From Chiloscyllium plagiosum (lineage: Eukaryota): DNA of 58,043 bases. A program made the position numbers and the translations under genes. Positions 49,701 to 58,043 of this stretch are shown here, piece by piece. How positions within the stretch are numbered: position 1 is the stretch's first letter; the number at the start of each line of letters is the position of its first letter. The stretch is taken from assembly GCF_004010195.1 (NCBI RefSeq), contig NC_057735.1, positions 40,103,600-40,161,642 on the forward strand. The letters run 5' to 3'. Under the pieces are notes generated by a model. The model saw nothing but the letters and a program-made list of their open reading frames with translations. It made no database searches and was not told the DNA's origin.

Positions 49701-52700
49701 CAGTTCCACACTTTTCGACTCTGATCTCCAGCATCTGCAGTCCCCACTTTCTCCTGAATCAATATAGCAGTTAACTTTGACTTGTTTAATTGCTTTTTTT
49801 TTGAAAAGGCACACCTATCCCCTCAGTGGAAATGGGGGGAAGTTGGCAAGAAGAGTGAATAACTAGGAAAATTCTCCCAGGGAACTTTCTGATCACTTAA
49901 GCAATTAACTGCTGAATGCGAAAGTCCATGGATAACCTTTGATCTCTTCAGTGTGCCTACAGTTTGAGTCCCTATGAATTAGCATATATTTGAGGGCCTC
50001 AACTCACCTTGACCTGATATACCTGCTGCCTTATCACAAGAGAAGTGGTTGCTTCCCAACTGGGAAACCTAGGCAACTTGTCTTTTGGTCTGGAGAGTGG
50101 AGGTCTCCATTTCTCCCAATCAAGGGCAGGAATGGAGTGGCAAATGGGTGGTTTCTGAAAGTCACCCTCTTCTTTTTACTTGGGAGATCTGAAAGAAAGG
50201 AGGCTTTTTGCCACTTCACACCCTAAATCCTGGATGTCTAGGCCCCAGCCATGATCTAGCCAGCAGCTTCTAGTGGGGTGGGTCTTCGGTAACTTGATTC
50301 CATTTGACACCAGTCAGCTTTAAAGTGGCTGAATTTGGATTATCTCACCGGTCCGGGTAGAGGGTCACCTGACTCTGAAGATTTCCAGTCTCTACTCTTG
50401 GTGCATGGAGCACTAAATCCTAGTGCTAGCCTTGAGTTCACGCATTGCACTACATGACCAGAATTCATCTCCCAGTCTGGATTGTTTGTTTATTGTGACC
50501 ATTATCAGTCCTGGTGTTTGATTAACCAAGATGGTATCTGCAGTTAATCTAAAAATTGTTAGGAGATCATTATGTGCTTGCAATGGAACACTTCCATACC
50601 CCACATGTTAATCTGTTTACCAGCTTCCACCTTCTCTCTCAGGCAACTGAATGGGGTGCTCAGTTGAATTGTTGCTGTATTTGGGGGTAGGAAGAGTGAT
50701 TTTTAGGAAGAGTTTAAAAGCTCAGTCATTTCCACAATGCCTTTCTTCAGTGGTTGTAATGTTACAAAACAGAATTGGATCTTTGGAGATTTCAAATCAT
50801 TTAATTGAAAATAGTTCATCACACTTCACTTTAAAAGCTTTTTTATCTCTTAGCTAATAAATGTTGCACAGTTTAACACTAATGTGTTATGTTGTTGGTG
50901 TTTTGCAGGATCCCAAGCTCCTAACTCTCCAGACTCCGGTGGAAGTGAATCAGATTTTGATCCCTCCATAACACATACTCAATACGCAACTCAAAATGGT
51001 AAACATTTCTGCTGTTTGCTTTCAGGACAATAAGTGAATACAGCTATTTTTGCATTTACAGTTCACTTTATGATCTTTGGGTAGAGGGGTAGAGTTGAGG
51101 GATTTGAAAACAATATATACTTTGTTCAATTGACTATTCAAACTGCTTTTCTTTCTGATGTAGGCCGTCAGCCATAGTAGGAATGGTCTGACAATAGTCT
51201 GTTTAAATACCCACCCTCTGTGACTTGCAGGGTATTTGCTCTTTCAAAACTATCATTTTTGTTACAATTACTGTAAGGTATCCTCTCAGGTTAGTGACAG
51301 CCAAAGGATTGTGACTATGTTCATCAATGAGTTGGTGTTTAGTTTTGCTGATATGAAGCTCTACTAATATGAAGCCAACTTTCATCAGCTATTCTAAGTT
51401 AGCCCTGAATCCAGATCCTAGAAGACTCTGTACTAACCCACTGCCCCAATAAATGTTTATTAATGTAAATTTATGTCACATTCATTGCTTAAATAGTCCT
51501 GACAAAAATGTTATACTGCTTAAGTGTTTGAGTAGTTGGCCAATATCCTTGACAGAATCTTTATTTTTCTTATTAATGCATCATTTGCTCGAGATTGAGA
51601 ACTATTTAATTATTTTGATAATTAATATGAAATGATCCTTTCACTACTACTTGTAAAGCCACTATCCAAGCAATTCTAACATGTATTTCAGTTTGACCAG
51701 AAGATAATCCAGAGCTGATTTTTCTTATTCTTTTCACTTTTATTACTTCAGAAGGATTTCCTAAAATTTTAAACGGTGATTCCAATCCTCCGAAACGAGG
51801 CAGAGGAAGACCAAGAAAATTTGGCAGAGAAGAAAAGAACTTTGTAGAAACCAAGAAAAACAAACACTGTAAGCGATTCTAAACTCAAAAATCTATTTAA
51901 TCAAATGTGAGGCCTTTGAAAGAGAGGTCATAGAGTCATACAACACAGAAATAGACCCTTCGGTCCAACTAGTCCATGGCAAAACTGATCCCAAGCTAAA
52001 CCAGTTTTGCCTGCTCTTGGCCCATAACCCTCCAAACCTTTCCTATTCATGTACTTATCCAAATGTCTTTTTAAATGTAGATGATTGTCTGTCTTTAAGA
52101 GAGTAAATTTTTCAAAACTATGGAGAAAGGTTGGGAGAATGAGTGCACTGACTGACAATGTCACAGCCAAATGATTACTTTGTACTCAAGCCAATCTCTG
52201 AAATAGAAACATATTAAATATCCTCATTCAAAAGGCAACCATTTTAAAATGGGATCTTCCATCAGTTTCTCTTCAAATGAGAGAAATGTAGTTTCCTGAA
52301 TATTGATTTATTTCAACCTGTTGGACTCCAACCTAAGCAGCTGTTTACCTCTATCAAAGCTGTACCTTAATTATTAACCACACAGACACTGTCCCTTCTG
52401 TTTGTTTTTTTCTGATTTGCATCACATTTGTTCCGATCATTGTCTTACTTCATTGTCACCCATAAACTAGATGAACTGGTTATTCTGTTTGCGTGAAACA
52501 GCCAATGCAGAAGGGCATATGTCTAATTGCAACCAATGTCCTTCAAAATAATTCAGTGCAAATAGTGACGTTTTAGTTTTTGGAGCAGAAAATTTGTTAT
52601 TTTGGTTAAGCTGATAGGACTTGAATCCTGTTCAAAAGCAAAACACTTCTGGATGAGATAAATCCAGACACTGTAAGATTTACTTAGTATTTCCAACATT

Positions 52701-53820
52701 ATCTGTGAAGAGAAAAATATTGTTGTTTGAGGTCAATGACCTTCAGTCTGACTTTGAGACTCTGTACTAAAGTATTCCAAATTGGAGGTGCTGTAATAAG
52801 ATTTTATGTGACGATGGAGTTTTATTTTGATGAAATTACTTGCATTTTGTTTTTGTCCATTGGTGACTAGATCAGACTGTTAGATATTCAATCTTTATTC
52901 TTAAAACCCTCATTTCAGGAGTTGTTGTGGATTTGTTGTGCCTGTATATTTAACTGCTTTCAACCTTCAACTCTCTGTATTGTGTTTTACAGCCCCACGT
53001 GGCACTCACCTCTGGGAGTTCATTAGGGATATCCTCCTTCATCCAGAGATCAACAATGGCCTTTTGAAATGGGAAGACCGGTCAGAAGGAATCTTTAAGT
53101 TTCTAAAGTCTGAGGCTGTCGCACAACTTTGGGGTGAAAAGAAAAAGAACAGCAGCATGACCTATGAAAAGCTCAGCAGAGCCATGAGGTAAGCACATCT
53201 TCCCAGTTTAGCTTTGAACTTGGTGTCACTGGGACCTATTGCATAGCCTTAGCTTCCTATTCCATAACCTTAGTTTATCTCAAGCATAGTTGTCACCTTG
53301 AAACACTTTACTTCATATGAAGAAGGCACTCTTGCAGTGTTATCAAATAGAGGTTTAGTCTTTTCCTCAGTAGCCTTGACAAAATGGTGAATATGTATCC
53401 AATACCTGCATTATGCTACTTGGAGGGACTGTGACATCTCTCCTACTGCTTGCACCAGTGCAATCACTATCTGCCATCTTGGTTGATGAATGATTTTGAG
53501 GAGTGAGATTTTGCAATGGAATCCAATCCGTATAGATCCGTGACAAGAGAGCATTCACTTTGATGGTAATTATATGGTATACAATTTAATTATTATCCAT
53601 TTTGGTTTGACAGAAGATTTAAGGGCTAGTCAAACACTCTGTTGCTGAGCAACTTCCTTAATAGCCATGAATAGAAATGCAGGAATGTAATTCACTCAAC
53701 TTGTTCCCATTCTCTTACAGGTACTATTACAAACGCGAAATCCTGGAGCGAGTGGATGGGAGGAGGCTGGTCTACAAATTTGGAAAGAATTCGAGTGGTT
53801 GGAGAATTGGAGATGCATGA
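46584..53820 (+). CDS. ELF3: ETS-related transcription factor ELF3 (ESE-1/ESX); spliced CDS join(46584..46722,47508..47738,48245..48343,49203..49319,50909..50998,51752..51868,52993..53188,53721..53820), 362 aa
   Basis: All introns are GT-AG and exon phases join without stops (139+231+99+117+90+117+196+100=1089 nt). N-terminus [24 protein letters not shown] resembles human MAATCEISNIFSNYFSAMYSSED. Also present: PNT domain, DSGGS SAR region, AT-hook and ESE-type ETS domain. The AT-hook distinguishes ELF3 from EHF/ELF5. Confidence 0.95.
47508..47738 (+). CDS. ELF3: ELF3 exon, Pointed/SAM domain
   Basis: Encodes [45 protein letters not shown]...FGPLGEELY; tatctag| acceptor, A|gtaagt donor. Confidence 0.95.
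48245..48343 (+). CDS. ELF3: ELF3 exon, acidic transactivation region
   Basis: Pyrimidine tract then ccag|GT; encodes [33 protein letters not shown]; T|gtaagt donor; 99 nt, phase 1-1. Confidence 0.85.
49203..49319 (+). CDS. ELF3: ELF3 exon, Ser/Pro-rich linker
   Basis: tttttgctcttag|CC acceptor; encodes [39 protein letters not shown]; G|gtgagt donor. Confidence 0.85.
49614..49754. mobile_element. Internally deleted Penelope-like element in an ELF3 intron
   Basis: TSD TGAATCAATATAG at 49601-49613 and 49755-49767; same termini as the 55886 element. Confidence 0.75.
50909..50998 (+). CDS. ELF3: ELF3 exon, SAR region
   Basis: ttttgcag|GA acceptor; [19 protein letters not shown] resembles human SDSGGSDVDLDP; G|gtaaac donor. 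Confidence 0.9.
51752..51868 (+). CDS. ELF3: ELF3 exon, AT-hook/NLS
   Basis: ttcag|AA acceptor; encodes [39 protein letters not shown]; T|gtaagc donor. Confidence 0.92.
52993..53188 (+). CDS. ELF3: ELF3 exon, ETS domain N-part
   Basis: Encodes [65 protein letters not shown]; AG|gtaagc donor. Confidence 0.97.
53721..53820 (+). CDS. ELF3: ELF3 last coding exon, ETS domain C-part
   Basis: tctcttacag|G acceptor; encodes [32 protein letters not shown] then TGA. Confidence 0.97.
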
Positions 53821-54584
53821 TCAGATTTTCTTTCTTCTAATATTAAAATACATTTGCTAAAAGTACAGATGTTTGCTGGCAAACAAATTCCATCAGTTGG
53901 AGTGAGATGATCAAGCCTGCAATGGACTTCTAACTTGCTCCATTTTGGAGATGTGCTCCATGGGCATTAAGTAATGAATTTTTGAGGAGGTGGAAGCATT
54001 TTTTTCATTTTTAATTCTATACATTTTATCAGACTCCAGCCTTTCAAGGCCAGAAGTGTGTGTCATAAAGGTGGCACTTGAAATAGTAAGCCTATATTTG
54101 GGCCAAAGTAGGTTATTAAACCAATTTATACTGTTATGGATAATGCTACAAGCTATTTGATTGAAACTCACTGAGTGTACAGCAAATATTTCAGATGCAG
54201 TGGGTGAATATGAACCGCTCCAAGAAGCAATCTCTTTGTTCAATACTTCAATGGTGTGTACATATGGACAATGTGGCTGCATTGCAGGACTTGTTTTCTT
54301 GCTTATGCATGGAGGTGTGTTTGCAATAAGGCTATCAATCTCTAAGTCTGAGTATAAATGTCTATTGATGTTCCTTCACGGCCATTTGAAATGTTGGAAA
54401 CTTATTCAGCTGGACTGGTGCAATTTCCACGGGAATGTGACTGTACATATGAGTTACGAAGACACAAGGGTGAAATGCCCTAAATAGATTGAATGGATTT
54501 TGTAAGAAATTTTAAGTCTCTAAACATTATAATTATGGATCTGTATGTACTATATTTTCCTATGGAATACATTGATATTTTGCA

Positions 54585-54590
54585 AATAAA
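54585..54590 (+). terminator. Candidate ELF3 polyadenylation signal
   Basis: AATAAA about 765 nt after the stop codon, in AT-rich UTR-like sequence with upstream TGTA motifs. Confidence 0.55.
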
Positions 54591-55885
54591 AACAAATTTT
54601 AAAATCCCAACCTTTCTGAATGGTCAACATGAGTGATAATTAGGTCAACATTGTATCGTGAGAGTGTACATTAATACTTCTGCACTCAGCAATATTTCTA
54701 CTTGGAATGGGAATTCTGTCAGTGTTGCAAGTACTTTGGCTTTATGCCCTGTGTGTCCCAAGTTACCCACTTAAGAAATAGCCATGTTGGAGGAAGAGAA
54801 AAGCCAAATTTCCGATGATTTCTTAAATCGCCATCTCTCAAATGTAATGGGTTAACAAGATTGATTATGGATGACATTTTTTTCAAATACAACTTTTTAA
54901 AACAAGTTTATTTTGAAAAGCTTGTGTTCACCAACACATTCTTGTTGTAGAAATCAGTGTAGAAGCAAATGTGATAGGGATTGAAGAGGGCAGTAATGTG
55001 CATCACATTATTTTGTGGAAAATAAGTGTTGGCAGTGGATCTAGGGCAACACCTCTTTAGAATGATTTGGTTGCGCTCTTCCGTCATAAGTAAAGTGAAT
55101 AATGAGTATCAGCAGAGTTTTGACAGCTCAAACTAACCCAAGATAGTTGATACGTCTAACATCATGTCAATTTTGAGTTTAATATTGAAGTAGACCCATG
55201 GAGACACTGTTGTAACTGAAAGGGTACAAAGACAATAAGTAATGCGATTCCACTTTGAGTACAATAGGTGCACCAGATTTCTTATCTGGTAATAACATGC
55301 ATGCACATATTACTATGAGACTAATGAATACTTGTGAGAGGTTGCTAGGTTAAAAATCTCCTCCAGGGAGTCAGGTAATATAAGCCAGGAGAAAGAAGCA
55401 TAAATTGTTTACAACTGTCATCTTAAACTCCTCAATGTGGTTAGCCTTTGGACTGCCAGCAAATCTCGGCATGTTCCAAACTCCTTGGTTTGTGATGGAA
55501 CAATAGCAATGTTATAGCACAATGAAGCCACGAAGATATCAGCCTTACCTTTATTCCTGAAATATTTACACCATTTCATGAAGGACTCTCCTCAGCTTCT
55601 CCTTTCACCTGAGATGTGGTAACCCTTAGGTTAAATCACGACCAGTCATCTCACCTTAATGATAAAACAGCCCTATAGTCTGGGAGGACAATGGTGACTT
55701 TACCTTTATGATTTATTTAATTTTGCTATTTATATAATAAAAAGTAATAAAATTGGTGGCTTCTCCAGCTTTTCCATTTTTTTTGTATCATTTTAATTTT
55801 GCTTTTTTTTCTATCGTCCATGTTTGAAGGATCATTTATGTCTCTTCCTCTATCTCCTGGGATTCATTGTCCTCTGTAAAATTGT

Positions 55886-56094
55886 AAATGTGTTGCTGGA
55901 AAAGCGCAGCAGGTCAGGCAGCATCCAAGGAGCAGGAGAATCGACGTTTCGGGCATGAGCCCTTCTTCATTCCTGAAGAAGGGTTCATGCCCGAAAGGTC
56001 GATTCTCCTGCTCCTTGGATGCTGCCTGACCTGCTGCGCTTTTCCAGCAACACATTTTCAGCTCTGATCTCCAGCATCTGCAGTCCTCACTTTC
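55886..56094. mobile_element. Penelope-like palindromic element
   Basis: 84-bp arms 55886-55969/55974-56057; TSD TCCTCTGTAAA(A/G)TTGT at 55870-55885 and 56095-56110; the fold-back centre lies in the hammerhead core. Confidence 0.82.
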
Positions 56095-56604
56095 TCCTCT
56101 GTAAAGTTGTGTCAACCAAAAGTAAAAATCCTAGGTTTGGCTTTCTCTCTAGATTCAGTTGCCTATAGTTTGACACAGTTTAAATTTCAGACATGGCCAA
56201 GTCCTAGCTAGTTCTAAATATCAAGTGGACCAAGGACACCACCTTCACCTGATTTCAGGAAGTGCAGGAACTTGGCATTAGTGCAGTAAAGGCAAAAGAC
56301 TACTTAAATCAGAGAGTCTATTACATGAAATACATTTTACCAGAATGATGCTAATGATAAAGGATTCTGTTATGGTGACCGATGAGAGAAGATTATTCTC
56401 TTGAGAGAATAGAGAAGGAAGAGAGTCAGTAAACAGAGGAGTAAACATAGCCAAACAATCCAAAAAATTAGATGAGGAGAGGTTACCTTTTATACAGTAT
56501 GTTCTTATGATTCAAACTGCACTGCCTTGTGGTAGCAAATTCAATTGTAATTTGCAAAAATGAAATTGGATAAATACGTAAAACAGAGGAATTTAAGGAT
56601 AGTA

Positions 56605-56880
56605 CCTGAATCCGGGTTTGATTCTAACCTTGAGTGACTATCTGTGTGGAGTTCGCATTTTCTTCCATGTATGCATGGGTTTCTGTTGGGTGCTATGGTT
56701 TTCTCCCACGGCCCAAAGATGTGCAGGTTAGGTGGATTGGCCAAGCTAAATTGTCCTATAGTGTCCATGGATTTGAAAGCTAGATGGGATAATGGTAAAT
56801 GTAAGGTTACAAGGATAAGGTGGGGTGTTCTTTGAAGGGTTGGTGCAGACACATAGGTTCCACATTACAGGACTCAATGA
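56605..56880 (+). mobile_element. HE1/V-SINE-like element, 5'-truncated, within a CR1 3' remnant
   Basis: B box remnant plus core gatgtgcaggttaggtggattggcc. Confidence 0.7.
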
Positions 56881-57554
56881 ATTTGAAGAGTTTTCGGGAA
56901 AGATCAGGGACTGGGACAAATTTTAAAAATTATTTCATAGAACAAGCATGGACAGAAAGATCCAAATCACCTCCTCCTGTGCTAATTGCTCTATGATTCT
57001 CTGTAGGTAATTGTATAAGTGGCTAAATTCAGTTTTGGATCTGTAATTTGTCTCTCACATCACCCTAAAACATTTGAGATCTACAGCAGTTGATCATCGA
57101 TGACCGTTGTAGGAGGAATACTTACAATGTAACTACTGTCCAGTTATTAAATCATTGCCAAAACTTGATTATGGGAAATAACATTGTCAGCAGTGATTAT
57201 ATTTTAATGAGATTGAAATAAAAGTTAATGAATAGATAAGGAATGGTAAAAACCATTCAATAATTAAAATCTGTAAATGGAAGCAATTTGAAACAAAAGC
57301 AGAAAATATCATATTGGTCAGAATCTGTAAAGAGGGAAGGTAATGGTAATATTTTATATGGAGTCCTTCTTTGGAAATGAAAGTTGATTTTGATCAAATG
57401 GGTCAATGAGTTGAAAATGGCAGATGTAGTTCAATAGAGTCATAGAGTCAAAGAGATGTACAACATGGAAACAGACCCTTCGATCCAACCCATCCATGCC
57501 GACCAGATAGCCCAACCCAATCTACAAAGGAAGCACATGGTGAGGACAGTGCAG

Positions 57555-57580
57555 GAGAGAGAGAGAGAGAGAGAGAGAGA
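57555..57580. repeat. (GA)n microsatellite
   Basis: About 12 GA units. Confidence 0.9.
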
Positions 57581-58043
57581 ACCTGCACAGTTACTGCCTT
57601 TACTGTTTTTGAATTCATGTATCGCTGGACATCGGAGTGCATCTGGGAAAATGAATAAACAGTGAATTTCACAACTGATCTTGGAGGAACCTGTCTGGGC
57701 GAAGTTCACAACACAGAATCAGATAAGTTAATTGTTGTTTTAAGTCTGTCCAAGAGAAAGGCTGCAGTAGTGAGTACAGTGAGTTCTTTCTTGATTATAT
57801 GTTTTTGGAGATAAGTCTCTTGATTAAACTTAAAATATAAGCCATAGCTATTAATTTAACCTGGGGCAGTGTTTGTAGAGGAATAAGACGGTGTTATTTT
57901 CTGGGTCTGTAGATTGTGAAGGAGCAAAAATGACCTTTGCAGTGATACGTACTTCTTGTCAGATGTGGGAGTTTAAAGAAAGTTTAAGGGGTACAGTGGA
58001 TTATATCTGCCATAAATGCTGTTGGATGCAAATCTTATCAGAT

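Overview
Repeat-rich vertebrate genomic DNA. The repeat families (HE1/V-type SINEs, DeuSINEs, CR1/L2 LINEs) point to a cartilaginous fish, probably a shark (inference). There is one clear protein-coding gene, ELF3 (ESE-1, epithelial ETS factor), on the + strand. It has an inferred non-coding exon 1 and 8 coding exons (46584-53820, 1089 nt, 362 aa) encoding PNT, acidic, SAR, AT-hook and ETS domains, with a TATA/NF-kB/octamer promoter and a FOX/DR2/ETS motif cluster about 1.6 kb upstream. The upstream 45 kb is mostly nested retroelements and contains two assembly gaps. The most notable non-genic signal is a dispersed set of about 10 Penelope-like insertions. They form long fold-back palindromes, most are flanked by 12-17 bp target-site duplications, and they carry minimal hammerhead-ribozyme cores (CUGANGA-stem II-GAAAC-GUC), in some copies one on each strand. 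All coordinates were read by hand; repeat boundaries are approximate.
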